From assembly GCA_963832745.1 (NCBI GenBank), contig CAWHVC010000001.1:576001-640000 (forward strand): DNA of 64,000 nucleotides, given 5' to 3'. The notes beneath the pieces are model-generated. The model was not told where the DNA came from. It worked only from the letters and a program-made list of their open reading frames with translations, and did no database searches. Source of the stretch: Candidatus Bathyarchaeota archaeon (lineage in GTDB: Archaea > Thermoproteota > Bathyarchaeia > Bathyarchaeales > Bathycorpusculaceae). The position numbers were made by a program, and so were the translations under genes. Positions 50,648-61,638 of the stretch are shown here, one piece after another. Every line of letters starts with the position of its first letter. Position 1 is the first letter of the stretch.

Positions 50648-53600
50648 TTACCCAAAAATGGGGGATGACGGAGTATTACCGTTTAGCAGTTCCCAAACTG
50701 ACTGCACATTTGTGTTCAAATCTAAACTGCAATGCCAAAGCGCATCACCATCAACACTTCGAACGACAATTTCCAAGTTACCGCCAACAACTGTTGCCGC
50801 AACGCTATCACATGTTAAACCGTTCAGCACAATCCAACCTTGCCATACACCGCTGCTCAAAGTGTTGATGTATATGCGGTCATCTAAGCCTCTAACAAGT
50901 AGGTAAAATTGTGTAGCTGAAGAGGTTAAAGTTGGCGCTGAATCCGTCAATCCGGGTATGTTTGTCCAGCCTGAAAAGCTGTCGTCCGCCAAATTCACTG
51001 AGCCACTCCATAATACTTGCGTTTCAATTGAACTTCTCACTACTAGGTTCAACCTGTTATTTTGGATAGCTATGGCGATGCGGTCACATGTTGTTCCCGG
51101 CAAAGCGTTCCAGTTGCCCCACGTGTTAAGCAAGCAATTGTATGTTCTGTAAAACACTGTGTCGTCTAATCCTTTAACTGCCAGAAACAGGTTGGTTCCG
51201 TCGCTGGTTAAAGCTGGAGAAGCATTAGTTGCACCATCAATCATTGACCACCCTGAAAAGTCGCCGTTTGCAACGTCCACTGAACTAAGCCATAGACTTG
51301 AGCCGTCGCTGCCTAAAACCGCAAAGTACATTTTTCCCATACACAGCGTTGCCGCGGGACTAGTTGCAGTTGCACCGTTAGGTAACTTGTTCCAGTTGTT
51401 CCACGAATCTGCTGCTGGGTTATATTGGCGATAGAAAATTTCGTTGTCACCACCCCTGACAACCAAGTAACTCGGCGTTTCCAGCTGAGCTTCACCCATA
51501 CTTATCGAAGCGTCATCAATGTAAACACTTGCAGAGGTTGTGCCTGTGTAGTATCCAATGCCGAACCGTGCAGACGTAACCGCGCTTGAGGATGTAGTGT
51601 CCTGGTTTAGGGATGCCACTTCTACGTCGTCGACAAAAATCGTCAATGTCTTGCCTGAGGCAGCGTCAGCATAGTAAACTTCTATGTGATACCAGTTTCC
51701 TTCGCTAGGACCAGAAGTAGCTAATGTATATGGCCAATTGCTGTACTGAATTGCCCAACATGAACCCGATGTATCTGCTCTAACACCAAACGACCCAATG
51801 GTTGCACCGCTGGAGTTTGTTAGTTGTATAAACCAAAGTGATTGCCCATCTGCAAGCGGCAATCCATCAGCAATGTACACGTAAGCGCTGGCATACAATT
51901 CTGAAAGCCCATCAAGATTCTTGTAAGTGTATGCGCGTCTTGTGCCGTTGCCAGCGTTTATGTTGAATTGGGCACTGTAAACACCGCTGTGGCTTAAGCT
52001 TGAAACAACGCTTGCTGTACCGCCTGTTGTGTTTGTTGAACTTGTCCACACGTTAAAGTTACCTGATTCGAAGCCGTCAGCGAAAATTGTTGGTGGCGAA
52101 ATCCTGATGGTTGAGGTTTTGGTTGAGCCGTCGGTTAAACCGTCATTTGGTGTTACCTGGCATGTCCACCGGTCGTTGACTGTAAGGCTGCTGTGTGGAA
52201 TTGTGGATTCACTGCTTAAACCATCTTTAGTGTCAAGATATCTTTGGTTTGTGTAAGCTGCTGAAACCGCTGTAGGATAAACTTTGACTTCGTCAAGTAC
52301 GCCTACAAAGTCGCTTAAGGCGGCCATGTAGCTGGGCAGATCAACTATCTGCGAATAGTCTATGGCACTATTGAATGCAATCTCTAAGGGACCATCTGTG
52401 GCATTAATGTTTCCGCTAGCATACGAGTTTGCTTTTTGTGTACCGTCTACGTATATTGTTAAGCCTACTCCAGACTTATAGGTGCATACGACATGATGCC
52501 AATCCGCAACACCAGAAGTTAAGGTGTAAGCAACAGTGTATACGCTAGTTTGTGTGTAAATGTACCAAGTGTAAGTTAACTGTTGGTTTGTCAAGTCTGC
52601 ACTACAATCCAGCTGGTACCCAACTTCTGCGGTGTCATAACGATCAGTTTTCCAAATAACCGGTTTACTATTCATTGTTTGGGTTGCTTTTATCCAGCAT
52701 TCCACAGAAATCTCCTGCCAAGAACCGTCGCCACCTAAACTGTTACCTTGCTCCTCGATTCTTATGAAATCATTTCCATCAAAAGAGAAGCCTCCTCCGA
52801 CAACCCCGGGTGCCCATGTTGCACCAAAAACTGTCCCATCATTACCTATGCCTGAATAGTCACGAGTAACTGCATAGCCACTGTAGACCGCAGTAGCGTC
52901 AGGTTTAGAATCAAACGGCAAGTTAAGGTTCGCGATGGATACACCGTTTTTAAGCCAATTGTAAACATTGGTAACCGAATTGTGGTTTACATCAGTAGTT
53001 GATTGGTTACTGCAGGTTAAATCTTCGCTGTCACCAGTTAAGCTCAGGGTTGGCGTGCCTTGGGTGGGCGCTGTGTTTGTAATGTAGGGTGCAGTGTTAA
53101 ACCAGTAGTTGCGGCTTGTCTTATACCCTGCTTCATCAGTCACGTTTATCTGCCAACGGTAAAGCGTTGACGCGGCTAACCCGCTTACAGAAAACGTTTG
53201 TACGCCATTGCCAACGTTTATTCCGTTGCTTGTGCCGATGTTTGGGGTAGTAGTCACAGTATAATTCATTGTTTGACCCAACGGGTGACTCAACGTGAAT
53301 GAAAGCTGGTTAACTGACGTAGACACGTTAACGGCGCCTGCCATAATGTTGGGGGCGCTCACGTCTGGATATGGCCTGTTAAAAGGAACGTATTCTGAAG
53401 CCCCCAGCCGGCTTTCACTATAGAAATGGATTTCACTTCTTGCCCTTGGTAAACCTAGTTTTTCCTGTGAAAGCCCAGGCGTGTCAAAACAGTAGATGAT
53501 GCCGCCTTGTGTTAGTACAAGCAGTTCGTTTAGACCGTTATCGTCACGGTCGATATCTTGAACCACTGTACCAATAGCGGGACGGCGTAACCCCACGTAC

Positions 53601-54931
53601 TGGTCAACCAACTGGTAGTTCTGATTATAAATTTTTACTGTGTCACTGTTATTGCCTTCTTCATTGTAAGTAGCAACAATGATGTCCATTAAACCGTCGC
53701 CTGTGACTTCACCGACGCTGGGTCCTCTAAAGCATAGCCCGGGGTCTATGACGCCGTCTAAATGCCAATCATAAAGGTCCCAAATCATTGTAAGGTTAGA
53801 AATTAAACCCATACTTGTAGCGGAATGTGTTCCGTCAGCACATAACAGTTCCAGGTTACCGTCTTGATCAATGTCGTAAATGCTTGACTGGTAATGAACG
53901 GGCAAGCCAAGTTGGGGATCGCAGAGGACTGTCCCAGCCGCGTTTGTTAGTGGACGGCCGTCTGTAGAGTTCAGGACACAGATCCCGGTGCCTAGGTTGG
54001 TGGAAACAACATCTGTTATGCCATCTTTGTTGACGTCAACCAGCATCGGTATGTCGCTGCTTGCACCCCAATCGTAAACTCTCCAACGAAGCGTCAAATT
54101 GTCAGCCCAAAAAGACGTTAAACCTCGACCCCAACTGCCGTCACCATAGTAGACGTCGCGTTCGTTCATGTATAATTCGTAAGTACCGTCATTATCCGTG
54201 TCGCCAAGTGACAAGCCACCCGCACATGGATGCCAAACTTGAGTACGTGCCTGTTCAACCATGGTTTGCTGTATGGGGTCCCACTCGTAAGCTAACAGTT
54301 TGCCCGTGTCCGGCTGCTCTTCGTAAGCCATTACGCCAATGAAAAGGTTGGGGTAACCGTTGCCGTCTATGTCGCCTATTACTCCACTGCCATCGATTCT
54401 TCCACCGATGGGTGTAATAAAGCCGCTAATTGTTGTGCCATTATACGTATAGGTTCCTGGCGCACACCAAAGAAGACTTCCGTCCTCTGCATTTAAGATG
54501 TATAGTCCAGCTGGTGCTTGTAGAGCAACTACAATTTCCAGTTTTCCATCGCCATCAATGTCTGCCATTTGAAGTGTTGCTGTGTCGCCGATGCAGGGGA
54601 TAGTGGTCCGCCATATTTCGTCGCCGGTGCGCCCGTTAAGACAGGTAACTCTTCCAGCCGTTTCAGAAGGCTGTGCTGGGCCTCCAGCGTGAAAAACTTC
54701 TTCGCCTGGAACATTTGCAAGGACATCTGCGGTGACGATTGCTTCGCCGCCTCCGGCTACATAGCCAACCCATTTAGGATGCAGATAGTTACCTTGTGAA
54801 CTTGAGTTCCAGAGTTCTGCTGAAACAGGGTTTGACGGCAAGAAAAGAATAATAACTGAACTAATCAGAAGTACGATTAATAAAAAACCGTTAAAACGGG
54901 CGTTGGATAGTTTACCAATAAAAGAATTCAT
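50648..54931 (-). CDS. Large secreted surface protein: FG-GAP/VCBS propeller, Ig/FN3-like, LamG, jelly-roll domain, C-terminal W-rich lectin-like propeller
   Basis: Repeated DxDxDGxxE/D motifs; FSFDGND...WHHVVCTY...YVDG...LDEVKVY (LamG); DGFESG; repeats of W..W..l.G.T...P. Confidence 0.8.
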   Translation of the reverse strand: MNSFIGKLSNARFNGFLLIVLLISSVIILFLPSNPVSAELWNSSSQGNYLHPKWVGYVAGGGEAIVTADVLANVPGEEVFHAGGPAQPSETAGRVTCLNGRTGDEIWRTTIPCIGDTATLQMADIDGDGKLEIVVALQAPAGLYILNAEDGSLLWCAPGTYTYNGTTISGFITPIGGRIDGSGVIGDIDGNGYPNLFIGVMAYEEQPDTGKLLAYEWDPIQQTMVEQARTQVWHPCAGGLSLGDTDNDGTYELYMNERDVYYGDGSWGRGLTSFWADNLTLRWRVYDWGASSDIPMLVDVNKDGITDVVSTNLGTGICVLNSTDGRPLTNAAGTVLCDPQLGLPVHYQSSIYDIDQDGNLELLCADGTHSATSMGLISNLTMIWDLYDWHLDGVIDPGLCFRGPSVGEVTGDGLMDIIVATYNEEGNNSDTVKIYNQNYQLVDQYVGLRRPAIGTVVQDIDRDDNGLNELLVLTQGGIIYCFDTPGLSQEKLGLPRARSEIHFYSESRLGASEYVPFNRPYPDVSAPNIMAGAVNVSTSVNQLSFTLSHPLGQTMNYTVTTTPNIGTSNGINVGNGVQTFSVSGLAASTLYRWQINVTDEAGYKTSRNYWFNTAPYITNTAPTQGTPTLSLTGDSEDLTCSNQSTTDVNHNSVTNVYNWLKNGVSIANLNLPFDSKPDATAVYSGYAVTRDYSGIGNDGTVFGATWAPGVVGGGFSFDGNDFIRIEEQGNSLGGDGSWQEISVECWIKATQTMNSKPVIWKTDRYDTAEVGYQLDCSADLTNQQLTYTWYIYTQTSVYTVAYTLTSGVADWHHVVCTYKSGVGLTIYVDGTQKANSYASGNINATDGPLEIAFNSAIDYSQIVDLPSYMAALSDFVGVLDEVKVYPTAVSAAYTNQRYLDTKDGLSSESTIPHSSLTVNDRWTCQVTPNDGLTDGSTKTSTIRISPPTIFADGFESGNFNVWTSSTNTTGGTASVVSSLSHSGVYSAQFNINAGNGTRRAYTYKNLDGLSELYASAYVYIADGLPLADGQSLWFIQLTNSSGATIGSFGVRADTSGSCWAIQYSNWPYTLATSGPSEGNWYHIEVYYADAASGKTLTIFVDDVEVASLNQDTTSSSAVTSARFGIGYYTGTTSASVYIDDASISMGEAQLETPSYLVVRGGDNEIFYRQYNPAADSWNNWNKLPNGATATSPAATLCMGKMYFAVLGSDGSSLWLSSVDVANGDFSGWSMIDGATNASPALTSDGTNLFLAVKGLDDTVFYRTYNCLLNTWGNWNALPGTTCDRIAIAIQNNRLNLVVRSSIETQVLWSGSVNLADDSFSGWTNIPGLTDSAPTLTSSATQFYLLVRGLDDRIYINTLSSGVWQGWIVLNGLTCDSVAATVVGGNLEIVVRSVDGDALWHCSLDLNTNVQSVWELLNGNTPSSPIFG

Positions 54932-55050
54932 TTTTGAATACTCCTAAAAAAACAAGCGATAACTAAAGTTGAAGAAGAAACTGTCAGGATATAAAGCTTG
55001 CGCTTTGATACAAAAAGGGCTTGATTATTGACTAAATCTCAACGGTTAAT

Positions 55051-56685
55051 TTGCTGGAAAGGCTTAAATTTGTGGCAAAACGAAGTTTAAGTAGGCAAGT
55101 TAACGTTTTACTGGTCTTTTACCGTTTGCCACTAACACTTTTTAAATCAAAACTGAGAGAAACAAAAATGGTCAAGCCACAACTGCAACCTAAACATGCA
55201 AAAGCAGCGTATATGTTGACAACAGTTCTGGTTTGCCTATGTAGCATGCTGTTGGTTTTAGAGTTAGCTTCAATCGGTACTTGGGTTTGGAACCTTTTTG
55301 ATTACAGCTACCCATTCAGCTTGGCTTCTCACTGGCAGTTTGCCCTCGTTAGCCAGAGTTTGACTGAACTGTTTAACCCGTTAACTTCCTGGCTGTTTCT
55401 GGTGTTCCTGTCATGCTGGCTTTGGTTCCCCATCGTCAAAGCCTTTAAAGCTTCACCGTTAGGCACAAAAATTTTGTCAAAACCAGTCCAATACATCCTG
55501 CCACCACAGACCAAACCGTTAGGCATTAAAGAGTTAGCTGGAGGCTTGCTTGTTGTTTCAGCGTTAGCAGTTTTAGTAGCCGCCTATCCGCTTGTTAGCC
55601 TTCCTATCGGTGTGTTGACAGGGACAGATTCAACCTACTATTACACTTGGTTAAACCAGCTCCATGCAAACGGGGCTCTTTTTGCTTTTGGAACTGATAG
55701 GCCATTGTCAAACCTGCTCTTGTACGCTGTTCAAGCGCTAACCGGCATGTCAACCGAATGGGTCATCAAACTGGCGCCTGTCGTGTGCTGTGTGGTTTTT
55801 TGTTTGGCGGTTTTCTGGTTTGTAAACACTGCGACAGGTAACAATCGTTTGGCTTTGTTGTCTGCGTTTTTCACGGTGTTTTCTTTTCAAACAACAGTAA
55901 GCCTGTACGTTTATAGTCTTTCAAACTGGATAGCGCTTATCTTGATGTTTTTCATTTTCGGCTTGTTCCTTAAAAACGCTAAACAGGGAACCTCTGTGAA
56001 ATTAACCATTCTTCTTGCTTCTTTGGGCGTTATCCTACTGTTAGTGCACCCTTATTCTTGGGAAGTGGTAATCGCAATCTTCGGATCATACCTCATTTAC
56101 ACGCTGTTAAGAAGAAACGAAACTAAACAAAAAATCAAGCAACTAACCCTTTTTCTGTCTGCAAACTTGGTTTTCTTCATAGTTTACGCTTTGTTGCCTT
56201 TCGGAAATGGGTTAGGCAACGCGGGAGGCGCCGTGCTGAACTTTGCCTTGCCAGCCAATATTTTTTCCAATGTGTTCCAAGTTCAAACGGGGCTACAGAA
56301 TATGGTGGATGTTTGGGTTGGCGGCTTGTTTGGGGACTCTCTTCTGGTTTTGCTTGCAATTGTGGGCGTCTTCACAGTGGCAAACTGTAGAAGACGGTTT
56401 AGTCGGTTAATGATGTTTTGGGTTGCTGTTTCCTCCGCTATGTTACTTGCTTTTTCGCCAGAGTCCTTCTTTTATTACCGTATAGTTTACATGGTTCCCA
56501 TGCAAGTTTTTGCGGCGTCAGGACTAAGTTTAGTTTTGCAAAAAATGGAAACAGCAAACCCGACAAAAAAAGAAAAAATGTTGATGGTTCTGAAAATTTT
56601 GGTTTTTGTTTTGGTGATGACTTTCCTGTTTAACTATGCATTGAGCAGCTTAGCCAAAGTGCCCCTGCATATCCTCAGCGACTAA
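55051..56685 (+). CDS. Polytopic membrane protein, GT-C-like (start possibly ATG 55168)
   Basis: About 13 TM segments; GTDSTYYY loop, DRP, HPYSW. Confidence 0.55.
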   Translation: MLERLKFVAKRSLSRQVNVLLVFYRLPLTLFKSKLRETKMVKPQLQPKHAKAAYMLTTVLVCLCSMLLVLELASIGTWVWNLFDYSYPFSLASHWQFALVSQSLTELFNPLTSWLFLVFLSCWLWFPIVKAFKASPLGTKILSKPVQYILPPQTKPLGIKELAGGLLVVSALAVLVAAYPLVSLPIGVLTGTDSTYYYTWLNQLHANGALFAFGTDRPLSNLLLYAVQALTGMSTEWVIKLAPVVCCVVFCLAVFWFVNTATGNNRLALLSAFFTVFSFQTTVSLYVYSLSNWIALILMFFIFGLFLKNAKQGTSVKLTILLASLGVILLLVHPYSWEVVIAIFGSYLIYTLLRRNETKQKIKQLTLFLSANLVFFIVYALLPFGNGLGNAGGAVLNFALPANIFSNVFQVQTGLQNMVDVWVGGLFGDSLLVLLAIVGVFTVANCRRRFSRLMMFWVAVSSAMLLAFSPESFFYYRIVYMVPMQVFAASGLSLVLQKMETANPTKKEKMLMVLKILVFVLVMTFLFNYALSSLAKVPLHILSD

Positions 56686-56805
56686 ATCTTTGTCGCAAGT
56701 TTTTGGTGCTTTAAAGGTCACTTGAACAACAGTTTTTATGGTGTTCTCTTGTTATTTGTAGACGGGACATTTGGTTGTTTGATGCTTTTCTATAAAGCAG
56801 CTTTT

Positions 56806-57330
56806 TTATTCGAAGCCTACTGTGCCTGTTAAGGAAAGATTCGAAAGTTCTCCGTTACCTTCTAAGGGTAAAGCTACGTTGTCAGCGCTTAAATTAACAG
56901 TAAACGTCTTTTCCTCTGCAGAAGCTACAACATTGTTTAGTGTCCATGTTACAGGGGTTCCACCGTACTGCGCAGTTATGTCAAGAGTAAACGTTGACTC
57001 GTCGGCTTGGCTTAAGGTTCCTGAACCGCTTGAAACAGTCAAGACATCGTAACCTTCAACGGTTACATCTCCGCCTCTAGTGTTAATGTTAATTGTTGAG
57101 TCTGTTTTTCCGTCAGCGGTACCAGTGACTGCGATTGAAACGTTAACGTTTTTTTGTGCTTGCTCATCAAATGCCGTGCCGGTTGCGGTTAGAGTGAAAC
57201 TGGAAACATTATTTGATGCAGATGTATTGTCCGAAAATGCAAGCATGTATCCAACAGAAAAAGGCACTATGATGCATGCCACCAAAACAATCAGTACTAT
57301 AGCAAACAATCGATTCCTCAAAAAAATCAC
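56806..57330 (-). CDS. Secreted beta-rich hypothetical protein
   Basis: N-terminal TM/signal followed by Thr/Ser/Val-rich beta strands. Confidence 0.6.
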   Translation of the reverse strand: MIFLRNRLFAIVLIVLVACIIVPFSVGYMLAFSDNTSASNNVSSFTLTATGTAFDEQAQKNVNVSIAVTGTADGKTDSTININTRGGDVTVEGYDVLTVSSGSGTLSQADESTFTLDITAQYGGTPVTWTLNNVVASAEEKTFTVNLSADNVALPLEGNGELSNLSLTGTVGFE

Positions 57331-57372
57331 TAAAATAACTGAGTAAGCGCCTGTATTTAAGAATTGTTATCT

Positions 57373-59983
57373 TTATTTTGATACACAACTGAGCCTTTTG
57401 TGCTTTAATAAAAAACTCCGCGCAAAAAAGATAAGCAGCCAAGCTGAACCCAAAACGGTTGTTAAAACCGACAGTGCACAAGCAACTGAAAACAGTTCTT
57501 GCGGTTTGTACTCTAAAGTAAACGTTAACTGCCCCGTCTGATTAATCAGGTAACCGTTCACCGCACCATATACGCAATCAGGCTCGATTCTCTGGCCACC
57601 AATCATGCAAACCCACGAGGGATTAAACGATTCTGAAAAAACCAGCAACGAAGGCTCGGTCAAACTGATTTCACCAGTATACTTGGTTGGGTTTATACAT
57701 AGGTAATTCACGTTTTGGTTAACTGAGAAAACGTCAGAGGCATCTTTAACTTGCAATGCAATTTCTTGAAAAGTGACATTAGCAAAACAGCTCAGTGTAG
57801 ACAAATAATTTTCAAGTCTGCTTGCCCCAAACCAGACGCAAGCGCTTTTTGCGCTTTCTGGAGCTGAAAAAACATTTCTTGTTTGCAGCCACATGTTGTC
57901 CTGCAAATCATTGTCACTCATAAAGCCTGACAAATTCAACGGAAAGTGCTTCATTCTCTGATGTAGATGTGGTCGTGTTGAACCACATGATTTTGGCGTG
58001 AAGATCCGTTATGTTGACGGCTTTAACAGCAAAAGATAACAGGTATTGTTTATTCTCTTCAACAGAGACGTTTTGGTTGATGTTAGCCCACCATTCCTTC
58101 TGCCCTGAAACGCAGAACACGTTGTCTTCTGTTATGTTGAGTGCGTCTGTTGGCCAAACCTGCCAATACTGCAGATCTGTTTTTGGGCTTGGGCTTTTTA
58201 TCAGATTTTCAGAGTTAGGCAGATAATCTGTTGTAATGTTTAAGTTAGTTGCTCTTGAATAAAGTGGGTTTATTGCCTGCGTATTTTCAAAAACCGCAAA
58301 ATCGTTATCCTCAAATTTTAGATTGAAATTTTTATCGGCATCGAAAATTTTGTAGAAGTACTGGGGATTGCCTGCGATCCAGTAGGAATCGTAGGAACTG
58401 TAAATGTTCGGCTCAGCGGGGGTTTTAGTGTTTGGTTCATCATAGGTTTTGTCTATCACCACAAATTTTACGCTGTAAAGACCTAAAAGCCTGCTACGGT
58501 CTGGACTGCTTTGGGAAACTGCAATCTCAAAACTCTGTTTTAGCCAGTCTGTTTTAGATGTAGTTCCAGAGCCTAACGCTATACCGAAATAGTTTGCTTC
58601 TTGACTGCTAACTTTTAGGAGCTCCGAATACTCCCAAGGAAGAAACAATACGCGGTAATCAGTGTTAGATGCGTTTAACTGGTTAAAAATCGAGGGTAGT
58701 TCAGAATATTTATCTTCAATGTAGTAGCCGTTTCCACGTGTTTTGTTTAAACCTAAACTACCATCTAACGCCGGCAAATTGTAAAGAGAAATAAGTACAA
58801 TCAAAACTATAGCAATCATAACTGAAAAACACGGTTTAAACTTGCTTTTTATCATTTTAAAAAGTTGTTCGCTTCCTAACGCAAAAAAGAAGCAGAGCAC
58901 AAAAGCAAAGGGATACATTAGTTTAACAGGGTTCCTTAAGCTTGACAAAACCGGGTTTAAATCAACCAACCCCGGATAAGCCTTCACCAGCAAAATCAAC
59001 CCAACAATTAAAACTGCTCCAACAGCGAGAGGGTAAAAAAGGCGCCCATTATCTTTTTGTTCTCTGCCTGTTTTTCTAATTAACGGCATAAACGCCAACA
59101 AGCCAATAGCAAAAATAACATAGCCCAAAGCTGTCTGTAAAGTCAAAACGTTATACCCTAAGTATTCTGCCGCTTGGGCGCTGCCTCTGTTTCCTGAAAG
59201 CCGGATAATATTGCCTATACTGCTATCACTATAACAATATGACGCGTCGGAAAGATAACTGGTTGACACTGAAGTGTTACTACCGATTCCAACATACCCA
59301 ATCAGGTTTGGGAGAAGAATAAACGCAGCCATGCTTAACGGAATAAGCAGTTTACCCAATTGTTTTATATTAAATCCTGCCTGAAAAACTGCAAAGAAGA
59401 GCAGCGGCAAAACCAGCGTTAAATACCAAAAAGCAGCGTGAACATTAAAAACTGCAAAACTAGTAACCCCTAAGAGCACGGCGTCAACGTAACCTGGCTT
59501 TCTAAGCCAAAGCAGCCGATGTAAGAGAAGGAAAATTAACGGAAAGACTGAATAAACAATCAATGTTACAGAACCGCTAACTATCTCTGCAATCGTTATG
59601 GGGTTTATTGCGTAAACAAAGGCGCCTAAAATTGCGGGGGCCAACTTGAGATTTGTTTTTCTTGAGAACAAAAAGAATGTAAAAAAAGACAACGGTAGTG
59701 GGAAGAAAAGGAATAGTTTCTGGGCAAGAGTTGAACCTATAAAATTTGAGACCACAAAAGCAGACAAGTAATAATTGAAGGGTTTAAAAGATATAAAACC
59801 CATGCCATCTTGGTTCCACGAAAAAAAGGACCAATCTAAAAAAACATTGTTGGTACTTGGAAACGCAATTAAATCGCCGTATGCCCACATTCTTGAAAGT
59901 TCAAGTTTATGCGTTAAAATCCATAAAAATAAAAAAGCAACCACTAAGATGCAGGCAATTGCGATTTTTTTCTTGTTGTCCAT
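57373..59983 (-). CDS. GT-C membrane glycosyltransferase-like (AftD/YfhO-like) protein with CBM-like domain; 1-nt insertion near 57916
   Basis: GD..FP...SWN, YAINP, RNPVK, YRVLFLP, LGLYSVKFVVIDK; C-terminal LVFSESFNPSW...NGY...LEY.PQ. Confidence 0.65.
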
Positions 59984-60765
59984 TAAGGCTTTAACATCCG
60001 TCCACCATTAACGTCGCCTGTGTTTGGTTGAAAAGGTTTTAGGAACTCTTTTTGGCTCCAAAAAATGTTAACTTCAGACAAAGCATAATTTGGAGGACTT
60101 TCTTTTGAGGCTACAATAACTATTTTTTCTGCAAGTCTAGGGAAAATGCCCGCGATTTTTCGGCTTAACCGGTTGTTATAAGGGTAAATATAGGTACCTT
60201 TTACGGAGATAGCGTCAAAACCAAAACTGTCAAGGAGCCATTCTACGATTTTGCGGGTGTAATCTCGGTAATGGGGGCATTTGTAGTGTGCAGAGTACAG
60301 GGGCGGCAGGTCATAAAATGTCTGAATCAGCAGAGAAGCGGGCTGGTTAACGTTTGGGAAAGTCAAAATAAATGTGCCTTTGGATTTTAGAACCCTATTA
60401 ATTTCGAAAAGCAGGTTATCGGGAACAAGAAGGTGCTCAATCGTTTCCGAACATACAACAATGTCGAAGTAGTCTGAATCAAACGGGAACTGGTCAACCT
60501 CTAAATCGGCAAGGTGAGTTTTAACGCCTAAAGTCTCTGCTTTCTGAAGCAGTCTATCGCTTACATCTAAACCGTGAACCTCGTTGCCACGGGTGAACGG
60601 TGCAAGAACATGGCCGTCTCCGCAGCCGACGTCCAAAATCTTAAGTGACCGTTTATTCTGAAGGAGCTTTAGCAATAGTCTATTTACAACTGTGTCTTTT
60701 TGGTCTCCGCTTGAGTCATCAAAATTATCATAAATTGCTTTCTGTAAAGAACTTGTTCTTTCCAA
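59983..60765 (-). CDS. Class I SAM-dependent methyltransferase
   Basis: ILDVGCGDG, GLDVS, FDIVVCSETIEHL, LTFPN. Confidence 0.9.
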   Translation of the reverse strand: MERTSSLQKAIYDNFDDSSGDQKDTVVNRLLLKLLQNKRSLKILDVGCGDGHVLAPFTRGNEVHGLDVSDRLLQKAETLGVKTHLADLEVDQFPFDSDYFDIVVCSETIEHLLVPDNLLFEINRVLKSKGTFILTFPNVNQPASLLIQTFYDLPPLYSAHYKCPHYRDYTRKIVEWLLDSFGFDAISVKGTYIYPYNNRLSRKIAGIFPRLAEKIVIVASKESPPNYALSEVNIFWSQKEFLKPFQPNTGDVNGGRMLKP

Positions 60766-60816
60766 CTGCTGGTGCTCCTTAAACGTTGAAAACTTTTAGT
60801 TAACGGTTAGTTGTTT

Positions 60817-61638
60817 TTAGGCTGCTAAAACTCCAATCTCATAAGCAGCCGCTTTTAAAGCCAAAAGAAGGCATGACTCCAAGCCAATCTTAAGGTTTGA
60901 CGGAGAAAAAGCGCCCTTCCTAAAAACCGACTTCTTAACTAACAAGTCACTGTAGCAACCGCTTACCAATAAATATTTCGTAGTCACGCCATACCGAAAA
61001 TTTTTCTTGCATAACTGCACAAGACTGTCCGGCTCAAAATGCCAAACACCATTTGGCAAAATACCGACTTTGGATGAAACACGATAAGCTTCAAAATAAA
61101 TAATCGCGTGATCATGCGCTACGATATCGCGAAAAATTTTTTTGGGTATATTTTCAAAAGCCTTCTCCAAAACTTGCCGTTTATATACGCGTGCCAGCAT
61201 GACGCCGTTTAAGGGATCAAGATGCAAGTCTGACCTTTTATGGATAAGCTTTCTGTCTGCTTCAAAAAGTTTTTCGGTAAACGTTCGAGGTTCAAAGGAG
61301 CGTTCTTCAACACACAACATGTCATACTTGTCCATAGCTTTAACCGCCCGCTTCACCGCTGTTTTCTCCAGAACCTGATCTGAATCAAGCAAAAAAACTA
61401 GGTCGCCTTTGCATCTTTGAAGACCAATGTATCTGGCGCCTAAAAGCGCCCCAGAATAGTTAATGACTTTACCATAGTTTTGTGCGATTTCTACTGTTCT
61501 GTCTGTGCTTTGGCTGTCTACTGTTAAAATTTCGATTTTAGAATAAGTCTGTTTTGAAATGGAATCGAGACACATTTTCAAGTGCTTATCTGAATTAAAT
61601 GTTGGAACCACAACAGAGACTAACGGTAAATCACTCAT
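60817..61638 (-). CDS. GT2 glycosyltransferase
   Basis: VSVVVPTFN, VDSQSTD, LDSD. Confidence 0.9.
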   Translation of the reverse strand: MSDLPLVSVVVPTFNSDKHLKMCLDSISKQTYSKIEILTVDSQSTDRTVEIAQNYGKVINYSGALLGARYIGLQRCKGDLVFLLDSDQVLEKTAVKRAVKAMDKYDMLCVEERSFEPRTFTEKLFEADRKLIHKRSDLHLDPLNGVMLARVYKRQVLEKAFENIPKKIFRDIVAHDHAIIYFEAYRVSSKVGILPNGVWHFEPDSLVQLCKKNFRYGVTTKYLLVSGCYSDLLVKKSVFRKGAFSPSNLKIGLESCLLLALKAAAYEIGVLAA

